From the NCBI GenBank assembly GCA_006218035.1, contig VBWC01000010.1, positions 75,572 through 139,571 on the forward strand: a DNA stretch of 64,000 bases, in the 5' to 3' direction. This document shows, one piece after another, positions 49,515 through 60,400 of this stretch. The translations under genes and the position numbers were made by a program. The DNA comes from Gammaproteobacteria bacterium. GTDB taxonomy: Bacteria > Pseudomonadota > Gammaproteobacteria > VBWC01. The notes beneath the pieces are model-generated. The model saw only the letters and a list, made by a program, of their open reading frames with translations. It made no database searches and was not told the DNA's origin. Each line of letters starts with the position of its first letter. The stretch's first letter is position 1.

Positions 49515-49770
49515 GTTTGCCGGTTTTCCCGCGGCCTGTCGTCTCAAACCCGGCAGGTTCCGCGGTTTACGCCGTGCCGGGTGCGGCCAATGCGGCGGGT
49601 TACCGAACTTTTCAGATTCCGCGCGATCACACAGTGGTGTGATGTACGTAATACGGCCCTCCCCGATAGTGCCAGAAGTGTGATAAAAAGCGTCTTCCGC
49701 GCGCCACGGATCAGGCGGACGCGCTAACGGGGACAAGCCCGGACAACGGCGGACGAATTGAGCGGATACG

Positions 49771-51567
49771 TTGCCGTGGAACAGAAAGAATCATCGTTGG
49801 TCAGTAGAATCGTTCATGAGTAATCCCGGTCCTCCCCCATCGCGGGTCACGACAAGCGTCGCCACCTTCATCGCGCGGTTGCGCGCCGTGCTTGCCGGCG
49901 CGTTGCTGAATCGCTACGCCGGCTTTCTTGCCTGCCTCTACCTCTATTCCGTGACGATCCCGAAAATCGGCGGACTGGGCGAGGATTCAGTACCCTTGTC
50001 TTACGTCGAGACCGCAGTGGTCCTTTATCTGTACTACTACTTCAATACGATTCTGCGGCCTTCCCGCGTACAGGCCCTGCTCGCCGCTATCCCCATTTTC
50101 CTGGCCTACCTTGGCCAGGACATTTATTACATGATGTACGGCAGGGTGTTCCGCATTATCGAGCTCGCGGAAATCCCCGAACTGCTGGATATCCTCACAC
50201 CGGGGCTTATCGCGCTCGTCATCGTCGTTTTTTTGGTGCCGCTGCTGATCTTTGTATTTTCCGTCAATTACCGCCGGGTCTTTGCTATTGCCGGCGGCAG
50301 TTTGCCTCTGCTGTTGATGGTAGCGGCAGTGGAGTTCTTCCCGAATAGCTATGCAACCGCTTTCGAAAAAGTCGGCAACGAAATCGTCACGTGGTCGGAC
50401 CAGAGAAGCGTCGAGAACAACGGCCGATTTGCGATGCTGTTTTATCGAGAGGCACAGCGCATGACGGCCAAACAAATGACCATACCGTTCCGCGCACGGA
50501 CCGCTTACGATCACACGGCTCGCGAGTTTGCCGACCGGATCGGCAGCCAGCGCGTCAACAACAATGTCCATCTGATTGTCATGGAAAGTCTGCTCGACCC
50601 GACGCTGTTTCGTGGCGCGAGTTTCACGACTAACCCGACGCATCCGGACTTTGCCCGCCTGTTCGGCAACGCTACGGGCTTCTCGGTTTCCCCGGTTTTC
50701 GGCGGCGCGACATCGCAGGCCGAGTTCGAGGTGTTGTGCGGAGTACCGGCATTCCGGGAGCTCGGGAGCGTCGAATTCAATGCGTTTACCGGTGCCCAGG
50801 CATGGTGCCTGCCGGGGCTGCTGAAACTTGCCGGGTACCGGACCATTGCATCGAATGCGTTCAAACCGAACTTCTTCAATGCCGTTCCCGCTTATCGGGG
50901 TATCGGTTTTGGCGAGGCACACTTTCCACAGGAATATACCGGCACTACCGACACCTACCTGAGTATTGGCGACGTTAGTAACGAGTATTACATGTTCGAC
51001 GGGACGTTGTTCTCGCAAAACCTGGCCTTTGTCGAAAATATCGTCAAGGACAAGCAATCTCCGCCAATACTCAATTACGTACTGAGTATCTACGGCCACC
51101 TGCCTCATACACTGGATAACGAGAAAAGGCCTCAGGTACTCACGCTCATCGCCGATCACCCGGACGATCAGCTCGAGCGAGCCGCGAACCAGTATTACTA
51201 TCGTACCCAGGCCATCGCGGAATACGTCAACACACTTGTCGACATTGACCCGCACAGTCTGATTATTCTGATCAGCGATCACTTGCCGCCGCTGCAATAC
51301 GGCCCCAACACCTACCGCGATCTGCGTTATCTCGATAACCAGGAGAACAGCCGCTATTTGAATCGCGTCCTGATCATTGAAAACGGTACTGCAAAGCACT
51401 ACCCCACCATCCACCACTACGATGTGCCGGCATTGGTGTTCAACTATCTGACCGCAGGAACCTACTGCCGCGAAAATACCTGCGACTTCACGCAAGACAG
51501 GTTTATCGACAACCGCGCGGAGTACCACACACGGTACATGTCCCTGATGGCCCACGCGGCGGAGTAA
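49771..51567 (+). CDS. LTA synthase / phosphoglycerol transferase (sulfatase-like) family
   Basis: N-terminal TMs, IVMES, GGATSQAEFE, HLP and SDHLP. The start may be 49816. Confidence 0.85.
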   Translation: MPWNRKNHRWSVESFMSNPGPPPSRVTTSVATFIARLRAVLAGALLNRYAGFLACLYLYSVTIPKIGGLGEDSVPLSYVETAVVLYLYYYFNTILRPSRVQALLAAIPIFLAYLGQDIYYMMYGRVFRIIELAEIPELLDILTPGLIALVIVVFLVPLLIFVFSVNYRRVFAIAGGSLPLLLMVAAVEFFPNSYATAFEKVGNEIVTWSDQRSVENNGRFAMLFYREAQRMTAKQMTIPFRARTAYDHTAREFADRIGSQRVNNNVHLIVMESLLDPTLFRGASFTTNPTHPDFARLFGNATGFSVSPVFGGATSQAEFEVLCGVPAFRELGSVEFNAFTGAQAWCLPGLLKLAGYRTIASNAFKPNFFNAVPAYRGIGFGEAHFPQEYTGTTDTYLSIGDVSNEYYMFDGTLFSQNLAFVENIVKDKQSPPILNYVLSIYGHLPHTLDNEKRPQVLTLIADHPDDQLERAANQYYYRTQAIAEYVNTLVDIDPHSLIILISDHLPPLQYGPNTYRDLRYLDNQENSRYLNRVLIIENGTAKHYPTIHHYDVPALVFNYLTAGTYCRENTCDFTQDRFIDNRAEYHTRYMSLMAHAAE

Positions 51568-51696
51568 CCCTGCGACGCAGAAAAAAAGCGAGCGCCACAT
51601 TCTGTTATCGGGTTCGCGCTTCTGCCTGGGGGCTAACCTGTCAACGGCGATACCAGAACGGGAAAGGTCACTCGTGCAACGGTACAGTATCAAGCA

Positions 51697-51743
51697 GCGA
51701 CCCCGAACGTGTGCGACCCCGAACGTGTGACGGCCCCGAATGT
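51697..51743. repeat. Short tandem repeat (16 bp x 2 plus a degenerate third copy)
   Basis: GCGACCCCGAACGTGT twice, upstream of the P-type ATPase. Confidence 0.7.
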
Positions 51744-51797
51744 TAAGCTGTCCGTCCAACAAATCGGACCTCGCTCACATCACACGGAAACCGCGCC

Positions 51798-54506
51798 ATG
51801 AACGGGCCACAAGAAGTCACCGCCAACCACTCCGCGCACGCCGCGCCCATAACGCGCGTGCTGGAACAGTTCGTCAGCAATCCCAATGGCCTTGCCGACG
51901 CCGAGGCACGGCAGCGGCTCGAACGTTTTGGACCCAACCGGCTGTCGGAACGGCGCGGACGCGGGCCATTGCTGCGCTTCGCGCTCCAGTTTCACAACCT
52001 GCTTATCTACGTGATGCTGACGGCGGCGCTGGTCACGGCAGCGCTCGGTCAATGGGTGGACACCGGCGTCATCGTCGGTGTGGTGGTGATTAACGCGCTG
52101 GTCGGTTTCCTGCAGGAAGGCAAAGCGGAACAGGCGCTGGCGGCGATCCGGCGCATGTTATCGCTCAAGGCGACGGTGCTGCGCGACGGGCGTCCGCGTG
52201 TGCTCCCGGCCGAGGAGTTGGTGCCCGGCGACGTGGTGCTGGTGCAGTCCGGCGATCGTATTCCGGCGGATCTGCGGCTCATACAGGTGAAGAATTTTCG
52301 CGTGGAGGAGGCGGCGCTCACCGGCGAATCGGTACCCGTGGACAAACATACCGAGCCGGTCGCGGGCGACGCGGTGCTCGGCGACCGGCGCAACATGGCT
52401 TACTCCGGCACGTTGGTGTCGTATGGTCAGGCTCGCGGCGTGGTGGTCGCCACCGGTGATGCCACCGAACTGGGTCGCATCTCGCAGATGCTGTCGGCGG
52501 TGGAGCACATCGAGACACCGCTGCTGCGCAAAATCGCCGCGTTCAGTCAATGGCTCACGCTGGCCATCGCGACGGTGGCCGCCGCCACGTTTGCGCTTGG
52601 CGTGGGCGTGCATGATCAACCGGCGGCGGACATGTTCATGGCCGCCGTCGGACTGGCCGTGGCCGCCATTCCCGAGGGCTTGCCCGCTATCATCACCATC
52701 ACACTCGCCATCGGCGTGCAACGCATGGCGCGGCGCAACGCCATCATCCGCGTGCTGCCGGCGGTCGAGGCACTGGGCAGTGTCACTGTCATCTGTTCCG
52801 ACAAGACCGGTACCCTCACGCGCAACGAGATGACGGTGCAGTCGGTCGCAACCGCTGAGCATCGGTACGGCGTGAGCGGCGTAGGCTACGCGCCCGACGG
52901 CGCCTTTGTGCTCAACGAGCAGCCGGTCGACGTCGATGCCCACCCCGACCTCGCCGAACTGCTGCGCGCCGGCCTGCTGTGCAACGACGCGCAGTTGCGT
53001 AAAGAACGCGACCAATGGACGATCGACGGCGATCCCACCGAAGGCGCACTCGTCGTCGCGGCGCTCAAGGGCGGGTTCGATGCGCGGCTGGAAGCGGAAA
53101 GGCTGCCGCGCATCGATGTGATTCCGTTCGAGTCCGAACACCGTTTCATGGCCACATTGCACCACGATCACGCGGGCCACGGCTTCGTTTATCTCAAGGG
53201 TGCGCCCGAGCGCGTGCTGGACATGTGCGCGCTCGAACGTTTCACCGGCACCGACAGGCCACTGCGTCGCGACCACTGGCACGCGCGTATCCAGCACATC
53301 GCGGCGCAGGGACAACGCGTGCTGGCCTTGGCATTTCGCGCCGCCGCCGGGCAACGCGAATTGAGCTTCGGCGACGTGGAGGATGGCCTCACGCTGCTCG
53401 GTGTGGTCGGCATGATCGACCCGCCGCGCGAGGAGGCGATCCGCGCCATTGCCGCCTGCCATGCCGCCGGCATAGCCGTGAAGATGATTACCGGCGATCA
53501 CGCCGCGACGGCGACCGCGATCGCGGTCCAACTCGGCATCGGCGACGGCAGTACGGCGATCACCGGCCAAGCGCTGGCGGAAATGGACGCGGAGGGTTGG
53601 CGCGACATTGCATCAAAGGCCAGCGTATATGCGCGCGTCAGCCCCGAGCACAAACTCAAACTGGTCGAGGCGTTACAGGCGCAAGGTGCTGTGGTGGCCA
53701 TGACCGGCGACGGTGTGAACGACGCGCCCGCGCTCAAGCGCGCCGACGTCGGCGTGGCGATGGGCATCACCGGCACCGAGGTCGCCAAGGAAGCCGCCGA
53801 GATCGTGCTGGCCGACGATAACTTCGCCACCATCATCAACGCCGTGGAAGAGGGGCGCACGGTGTATGACAACCTGCGCAAGACCATTCTGTTCATCATG
53901 CCGACCAACGGCGCCGAGGCAGGCACCCTCGTCACTGCCATCGCATTGGGCATGGTATTACCGATACTGCCGGTACAGATCCTGTGGGTGAACATGGTGA
54001 CCGCGGTGACGTTGTCGCTGGCACTTGTTTTCGAGCCCACCGAAGCCGACACCATGCGGCGTCCGCCGCGCGCGCCGGACGCCGCGCTGTTTTCCGGCTA
54101 CTTCGTCTGGCGCACGCTGCTCGTAACGCTGCTGGCCGCCGCCGGCGTGCTGGGCATGTTTCTGTGGGAGCAGGCGCAAGGCGCGAGCGTGGCAGCGGCG
54201 CGCACCGCCGCCGTGAACACGCTGGTGGTGATCGAAGTGTTTTATTTGCTCAATACGCGCTATCTGCTGGCGCCCGCGTGGCCGCAGCGCGCGCTGACCG
54301 GCAATCGCTATGTGCCGCTCAGCATCGCGGCGGCGCTCACGGTGCAGTTGTTATTCACCTACGCGCCGTTCATGCAGACGCTGTTTCACACCGCCGCGCT
54401 GGGTGCTGAAGTATGGGGCCGTATCGTGCTGATCGGCGGCGTCGTCTACGCCGTTGTGGAGCTGGAAAAATGGTTGGTGCGCGCCCTGGGATTCAAGGTA
54501 GTCTGA
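51798..54506 (+). CDS. Cation-transporting P-type ATPase (P2A-like)
   Basis: TGES, IPEGLP, DKTGTLT, KGAPE and GDGVND. Confidence 0.93.
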   Translation: MNGPQEVTANHSAHAAPITRVLEQFVSNPNGLADAEARQRLERFGPNRLSERRGRGPLLRFALQFHNLLIYVMLTAALVTAALGQWVDTGVIVGVVVINALVGFLQEGKAEQALAAIRRMLSLKATVLRDGRPRVLPAEELVPGDVVLVQSGDRIPADLRLIQVKNFRVEEAALTGESVPVDKHTEPVAGDAVLGDRRNMAYSGTLVSYGQARGVVVATGDATELGRISQMLSAVEHIETPLLRKIAAFSQWLTLAIATVAAATFALGVGVHDQPAADMFMAAVGLAVAAIPEGLPAIITITLAIGVQRMARRNAIIRVLPAVEALGSVTVICSDKTGTLTRNEMTVQSVATAEHRYGVSGVGYAPDGAFVLNEQPVDVDAHPDLAELLRAGLLCNDAQLRKERDQWTIDGDPTEGALVVAALKGGFDARLEAERLPRIDVIPFESEHRFMATLHHDHAGHGFVYLKGAPERVLDMCALERFTGTDRPLRRDHWHARIQHIAAQGQRVLALAFRAAAGQRELSFGDVEDGLTLLGVVGMIDPPREEAIRAIAACHAAGIAVKMITGDHAATATAIAVQLGIGDGSTAITGQALAEMDAEGWRDIASKASVYARVSPEHKLKLVEALQAQGAVVAMTGDGVNDAPALKRADVGVAMGITGTEVAKEAAEIVLADDNFATIINAVEEGRTVYDNLRKTILFIMPTNGAEAGTLVTAIALGMVLPILPVQILWVNMVTAVTLSLALVFEPTEADTMRRPPRAPDAALFSGYFVWRTLLVTLLAAAGVLGMFLWEQAQGASVAAARTAAVNTLVVIEVFYLLNTRYLLAPAWPQRALTGNRYVPLSIAAALTVQLLFTYAPFMQTLFHTAALGAEVWGRIVLIGGVVYAVVELEKWLVRALGFKVV

Positions 54507-54968
54507 CGGCGCGATACCGGCACCATTGCTGACGCGTGTTATGTCGACAGCTCTTCAACATCAGGGGCGCGCACGGAAATACATACCGTCTTCATTCTGC
54601 CGGTCATACTGTTGTTCCGCGCGCATGTTCGGCGAGTCGGGCGCGTCCAGGCGCACCGAAAATTCCGGTTGTTCGCTCTCGATCCGCCCGAGGCGCCGCG
54701 CCCGGCTCGTTTACCGGGCATTCGCAATAACATTTCCCGCCCCAACCCCAACCTGCCGATTCTGACGCACAGCCGCGTGGGGTTTCCGCTTTCCAGCCGT
54801 CACAATGACGACTGGAAATTGCGGCTATCGAGTCGACCGAACAACATCGACAAATCCGCAATAGATTTATGGTGTCTCTCCGGTGACCCAACGTTTCGCC
54901 AATGTTCAGCTTACGTTCAGTGCCGCGGGGCTAGCCTGATAGTCGTGTACCACAGAGTGGAGGCGAAG

Positions 54969-55322
54969 ATGATCACTATCACTACACGTCCGGCGATTTA
55001 TGGACTCGGCGTCATGCTGGCAGGCGCCTTGGTATCTACCCCGATCCACGCCCACGAAACGGGGTGGCGATCTTCGGGGTCGGTCGTTATCTCGCATGAA
55101 ATCCGTGATGAACACCGTTATCCACGCCACGAGGACCGTGACCGACCCCGTCATAAGGAGTACAAGCGTCACGGTCATGGACATGGACATGATCGAGAGC
55201 ATGGCGCCCGGTACGTGCCGGCGCGCGAATTCCATGCCGTACCATCCTACTCCCGCGACGACGGTTATTATGACGCGCCCGTGCGCGGCACAACCATCGT
55301 GACCATCCGCTACGTGTATTAG
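54969..55322 (+). CDS. Small exported His/Arg-rich hypothetical protein
   Basis: GGAGG RBS, signal peptide and HGHGHGH. This is the 3' part of track ORF 54612-55322. Confidence 0.55.
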   Translation: MITITTRPAIYGLGVMLAGALVSTPIHAHETGWRSSGSVVISHEIRDEHRYPRHEDRDRPRHKEYKRHGHGHGHDREHGARYVPAREFHAVPSYSRDDGYYDAPVRGTTIVTIRYVY

Positions 55323-55406
55323 GTGGTTGGCAGGGCAAACAAAAACGGTGACAATACGGCCTGATCGAACCAACAGAATCGCTATCGCGAGGATCAGGCC
55401 GATATC

Positions 55407-55688
55407 ATGATCAGCAACTATTACGAGCAATTAGTCATGGACCGGATCACTGAGTTCCTTGTCGACAGCGACCTGGCGCACGATCCCGATTACGCCGAGG
55501 ACATTGCCTGCGTGGCACTCAATCAGCTGCCTGCGCGTTATGTCCGGCATGCGGTTGATGTGTCGTTTTACATGACCCGGGAAGAACGGCAGGACATCGA
55601 GAATAATGTCGATGCCGTCATCCGCAAGGCGATTGAATTTATCGAGCGCCGCCGCAACAACCCGCCTGACGACCGTCACCCGAGCTAA
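55407..55688 (+). CDS. ComFB family protein
   Basis: NYYEQLV...DIACVALNQLPARYVRH signature. Confidence 0.85.
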   Translation: MISNYYEQLVMDRITEFLVDSDLAHDPDYAEDIACVALNQLPARYVRHAVDVSFYMTREERQDIENNVDAVIRKAIEFIERRRNNPPDDRHPS

Positions 55689-56144
55689 GCGGCGCTGCTT
55701 TCCTGCCTGGCAATGAGTTGCCAGCGACCCTCGATAACGCAGGGACTAACCCCTCCCCCGCCAATCGCCGGGACACGCGGTTTGCCAACGTCTGCGCCGC
55801 GACCTGACCTTACGCCCGGCCGGCCGGCGATCCTGCTGATATCCAGACATATTTACATAACTATCCCGGCCAGCGCGGTACGCCGTGCCAAGCTATTCAC
55901 TTCTAAAGTTTTTAGTCCTCCAACCGCAATATATCAATACATCCCCCGGTCGCAGCAGCCACGGCGCGCGCGTCGCCGCCGGGAAAAGGTTGTCGGTGCG
56001 TCTGTGTGCCGTTTTTACATTCCGGACAGGCCGTATGCAGGTAGACACTGTAGTTGCTGAACACTTCCTCCCCCGCGCCTGCCACGGCATAGGCCGGGCT
56101 AATTTTTTATTGACTGTTTTCCGACTCCACTTGCACGGGTAACG

Positions 56145-57929
56145 ATGATGGAGTCGTTCAATATTCTCCTAGTGACCGGCAACAGCGAAACCGTCGGCCT
56201 GATTGAACGGCATCTGCTCGGCGCAATTAACGCACGCTACGAGCTGGCAGGCGCAGCCGATATTGATGCAGCGTGCGCTGGACTGGAAAATTCACCCTGT
56301 GACGTTCTGCTTCTCGATATTGAGGGCGACGACAATCACGGCCTGAAAGCGGTCAAGCGGCTCAACAAGGCCTACCCGAGTCTTCCCGTGATCGTCGTTA
56401 CCTGCCTGGACGACGAGGCAGCGGCAATAGAGGCGTTAAAATCGGGCGCGCAGGATTATTTGATCAAGGGCAACATCGAGCCGCGCGGCCTGGCCCGTTC
56501 CATCTACCACAGCCTGGAGCGCAATCGTCTGCAGCTTCGACTCGAAGCAGCGGAACAACGCGCGCATTTCCTGGCGACCTGTGACGTGCTAACCGGGCTG
56601 GCAAATCGCCAGGCATTCAACGACCGGCTCGACCGGGCTATCAAGTATTCCGAGCGCTATAACCTGAAGCTGGCCGTGCTGCTGCTGGATATCGATCGCT
56701 TCAAGAGTGTCAACGAAACGCTTGGCCATCAGGCCGGCGACAAACTACTCAAGGAAATCGCCACGCGATTGCGCGCGTCTATACGTGAAACCGATGTCGT
56801 CGCACGCGTCGGGGGAGATGAATTTCTCTTCATGCTGCTGAACATACAGGAAGCGTATAACGCCGCCCGCGTCGCCGAGCATATTCTGGGCGCGCTCGAT
56901 AAACCGTTGATCGTCAATGGCCACGAGATCTTCCTGACAGCGACCGTCGGCATTGCGCTATATCCGGATGATGGCAAAACTCTGTGGACGCTGATACGCA
57001 ACGCGGATACCGCGATGAACATCGGCAAGCGCGCCGGTCACCAGCGGTATAAATTTTATGCGGCAGAAATGAACAACCGCGCGATGAAGCGACTGGAAAT
57101 GGAAGCCGATCTGCGTCATGCGCTCAAGCGCAACGAATTCATTCTGCATTATCAGCCGCAGGTCAACGGGCAACCGGATCAGATCATCGCCACCGAGGCA
57201 TTGGTGCGTTGGCAGCACCCGAAACAAGGCATGGTGCCACCAAACGATTTCATCCCGTTGACCGAGGAGACCGGCATGATCATCAGCCTCGGCGAATGGG
57301 TATTGCACGAGGCCTGTCGCCGCAACCGTGAGTGGCAGGACGCGGGTTACGCGCCGATCCGAATCGCGGTCAACGTTTCACCGCGCCAGTTTGAGCAACC
57401 CGCGTTCGTCGAAACGGTAAAACAGGTATTAAGGGACACGCATCTCGACCCGCGCTGGCTCGAGCTGGAACTGACCGAGGGCGCGGTGATGCAGGATGCC
57501 GAAAAAACCATCGATGCGCTCAAGGAACTGAAGCAGCTCGGTACACGCGTGTCAATCGACGATTTCGGTACCGGATATTCGTCACTCAGTTACCTGAAGC
57601 GCTTTCCCATCGACATGCTGAAGGTCGACAAGTCCTTTGTCGACGACGTACCGGGCGACCCCGACGATGTAGCCATCGTCAAGGCCATCCTGGCGATGGC
57701 AAAAAGTCTGTCTCTCGAAGTCATCGCCGAAGGTATCGAAACGGCGGAGCAAAGTGCTTTCATGCAGGGCCTGGGGTGCGATTACATGCAGGGCTTTCTG
57801 TTCTATCGTCCGCTGCCGCACGAACAGATCGCCACTATTCTCCAGGGGCTGGGCTCAGTCAAAGGCAAGCGGCGTATCGGACGCGCCGCGGACGCCACGC
57901 CGGCGCCGACCGACGGCAAACAGAAATAG
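56145..57929 (+). CDS. Response regulator with GGDEF and EAL domains
   Basis: REC domain (LLLD, GAQDYLIK), GGDEF, EAL and DDFGTG. Confidence 0.93.
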   Translation: MMESFNILLVTGNSETVGLIERHLLGAINARYELAGAADIDAACAGLENSPCDVLLLDIEGDDNHGLKAVKRLNKAYPSLPVIVVTCLDDEAAAIEALKSGAQDYLIKGNIEPRGLARSIYHSLERNRLQLRLEAAEQRAHFLATCDVLTGLANRQAFNDRLDRAIKYSERYNLKLAVLLLDIDRFKSVNETLGHQAGDKLLKEIATRLRASIRETDVVARVGGDEFLFMLLNIQEAYNAARVAEHILGALDKPLIVNGHEIFLTATVGIALYPDDGKTLWTLIRNADTAMNIGKRAGHQRYKFYAAEMNNRAMKRLEMEADLRHALKRNEFILHYQPQVNGQPDQIIATEALVRWQHPKQGMVPPNDFIPLTEETGMIISLGEWVLHEACRRNREWQDAGYAPIRIAVNVSPRQFEQPAFVETVKQVLRDTHLDPRWLELELTEGAVMQDAEKTIDALKELKQLGTRVSIDDFGTGYSSLSYLKRFPIDMLKVDKSFVDDVPGDPDDVAIVKAILAMAKSLSLEVIAEGIETAEQSAFMQGLGCDYMQGFLFYRPLPHEQIATILQGLGSVKGKRRIGRAADATPAPTDGKQK

Positions 57930-57931
57930 AG

Positions 57932-58834
57932 TCAGACCAGGCCCGGATCCCCACCGACCGCGCGGCGCAGACTCTCTGCGAGCTGCTGAGTCGCGGGTCC
58001 GACCTTTTCCCGCCGACCGAAAATCAAATAGAGATAGGCCTTGCGCACACCGCCGGCGCGCATAGGCAGCGCTTTGACAATGCCACGGCTGACGGCCTCA
58101 CGGATTTGATGGCGTGGCAACCAGCCGAATCCCAGACCACTGCAAACCGTCGTCACCGCGGTATCAATGCTGGTGACGGTCCAACGGTATTCGGCGCCCA
58201 ACCAACCGACGTCCTTCTTTCTATACAGCCCGGAATCACGTATTACCACCTGTATTTCCCGCCGCAGATCATTGGCAGTCACCGCCCGTCCGAGATGATG
58301 CAACGGATGCTCGGCATGGGCGACGGCGACGAACTCAATCTCCAGCAGCGCATCGCCGAGGAATCCCGCCGGCACCTCGGCACCGACCGCAAGATCCGCG
58401 CTGCCGTCCTCGAGTGCTTCCTCCGCACCGGACAGCACCACCTCCTGTAACTGGACACGCGTACCACGGCTGATCGGCGCAAACATCTTCAGCGCTGACA
58501 TCAAGCTGTCCACCGGAAAAGCGGCATCGACCACCAGCCGGACCTCGGGCTCCCAGCCGTCCGCCAGATTGCCCGCGAGCTTTTCAAGTTCAAGCGCATC
58601 GTCGACCAGGCGGCGCGACCGGCGCAACAATGCGGTACCGGTTTCGGTCAACTGCGCCTTGCGCCCTTCGATCACCAGCAACGGCACACCCACCTGCTCC
58701 TGTAGACGGGCGATGGTATAGCTCACCGACGACTGGCTACGATGCAGTTTTTCCGCCGCCTGAGCGTATCCGCCGCTGTCGACGACCGCCTGCAACACCC
58801 GCCATTGCTCCAGTGTCGTACGTGGAATAGGCAT
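57932..58834 (-). CDS. LysR family regulator
   Basis: N-terminal LysR HTH; divergent from doxX-pirin. Confidence 0.92.
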   Translation of the reverse strand: MPIPRTTLEQWRVLQAVVDSGGYAQAAEKLHRSQSSVSYTIARLQEQVGVPLLVIEGRKAQLTETGTALLRRSRRLVDDALELEKLAGNLADGWEPEVRLVVDAAFPVDSLMSALKMFAPISRGTRVQLQEVVLSGAEEALEDGSADLAVGAEVPAGFLGDALLEIEFVAVAHAEHPLHHLGRAVTANDLRREIQVVIRDSGLYRKKDVGWLGAEYRWTVTSIDTAVTTVCSGLGFGWLPRHQIREAVSRGIVKALPMRAGGVRKAYLYLIFGRREKVGPATQQLAESLRRAVGGDPGLV

Positions 58835-58939
58835 ATATATCTGGTTATTCGATATTAATAACCGGCATTTTGCACTTTTATATCTGATATTGAAATCTAT
58901 AATGGGGGTTGTTCGAACTCGCGAATCAATCAGGAGGGT

Positions 58940-59323
58940 ATGGTCATGGAAAAAATCACACTGCTAACGGGGCGCGTCCTGCTGGCCCATCTGTTTCTGC
59001 TGGCCGGTATCAGCAAGATCGGCGCTTATGCCGGCACACAGGGATACATGGAAAGCATGGGAGCTCCCGGCGCATTGTTGCCGCTGGTTATCCTGACCGA
59101 GGTCGGCGGCGCACTGGCACTGATCGTCGGCTGGCAGACCCGCTGGGCAGCAATCGCACTGGCCGGATTCAGCATACTCTCGGCATTGATGTTCCATACC
59201 AATTTCAGCGATCAGATACAGATGATCATGTTCATGAAAAACGGCGCGATCGCCGGCGGATTGCTGGTGCTTGCCGCGGCGGGGCCCGGCGGCCTGAGCC
59301 TGGATCATCGCCGGGGCCGCTGA
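58940..59323 (+). CDS. DoxX family membrane protein
   Basis: GRVLLA...FMKNGAIAGGLL...GPGGLSLD. Confidence 0.9.
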   Translation: MVMEKITLLTGRVLLAHLFLLAGISKIGAYAGTQGYMESMGAPGALLPLVILTEVGGALALIVGWQTRWAAIALAGFSILSALMFHTNFSDQIQMIMFMKNGAIAGGLLVLAAAGPGGLSLDHRRGR

Positions 59324-59390
59324 TCATGCGCGTAGCGCGGCACGAAGTGTCCGCCCGCCAATCGCGTTTACCGGAACGAGGTGCGGAATA

Positions 59391-60122
59391 ATGTCGATGA
59401 TAAGCTTTCGCCGCGCGACGGCGATGAAAGAAGGCGCCGGCGCCAACGTGAAACGCCTGATGCCGCTCCAGGGGTTCATGAATTTCGACCCGTTTGTTTT
59501 ATGGGACGACTTCAGCGTCGCACCTGGCGCGGGGTTTCCGACGCACCCACACCGTGGCTTCGAGGCAATTACCTATATGTTCGAGGGTACGATGCAGCAC
59601 AAGGACAACCTCGGCAATGAATCCACGGTCGGTGCCGGCGGGGCACAACGCTTTACCGCGGGCAGCGGTATCGAGCATTCGGAAATGCCGGCGCCGGACG
59701 GCGTCAGCCGCGGCATCCAGCTGTGGATCAACCTGCCACGCAGCAAGAAGGCCATCGCGCCGGACTATCAGCAGGTCGACGTCGATCAGTTCCCGGAGAC
59801 GCCCGTGCAAAGCGGCGCCATACGCACGATAGTCGGTGACGGTTCACCGCTGCGGCTGCATACGCCGGTCCGCTATCTTGACGTGCGTCTGCACAGCGGC
59901 GGCCATTACGAGGACACCGTGGAGAGCGGATACCGCGGCCTGATTTACCTCGCGGAGGGCACGATTCGTATCGGCGAAAGAACCCTGAACAGCGGCGAGT
60001 CATGTTTTGTCGAAGGACCGGACCGGATCGACATCACGGCGGTGGCGAGCGCACGGTTCATGGTATGCCTTGGCACACCGCACGGCGAACCAATCCGCCA
60101 GTGGGGTCCGTACGTCGATTGA
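59391..60122 (+). CDS. Pirin family protein
   Basis: HPHRGFE, GIEHSE and QLWINLP. Confidence 0.93.
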   Translation: MSMISFRRATAMKEGAGANVKRLMPLQGFMNFDPFVLWDDFSVAPGAGFPTHPHRGFEAITYMFEGTMQHKDNLGNESTVGAGGAQRFTAGSGIEHSEMPAPDGVSRGIQLWINLPRSKKAIAPDYQQVDVDQFPETPVQSGAIRTIVGDGSPLRLHTPVRYLDVRLHSGGHYEDTVESGYRGLIYLAEGTIRIGERTLNSGESCFVEGPDRIDITAVASARFMVCLGTPHGEPIRQWGPYVD

Positions 60123-60400
60123 CAGATCAAGAAAATCCGGCGCAGACCGCGGCGGGAGACCGCCTCGATTCGGTCGCCTGAACGTGGGCGCGCGGACAGC
60201 GACATGACCGTTTCATAACTCCCCCCTGTCTGCTGGTACCGAAAGCGCATGTTTTTATGTGCCCGGAGAATAAAGCAGTTTTCGCGGCCTCAGGCCGGCA
60301 ATCTAACCTCATACGCCTTCAGGAACCTCACAATCGACCGATATCCCTGCGGTGGGGCTGCAATTGTTTCGTCCGTAAACTCAGACAGATATCGGATTTC

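Noticed and set aside
51697..51743. Possible CRISPR or iteron array
   Set aside because: Only two exact 16-bp copies with no spacers, and no cas or rep gene nearby.
49987..51762. 591-aa minus-strand ORF
   Set aside because: Antisense shadow of the LTA-synthase-family gene.
51568..51797. Riboswitch (e.g. yybP-ykoY) upstream of the P-type ATPase
   Set aside because: I could not match the consensus by eye. An Rfam scan would be needed.
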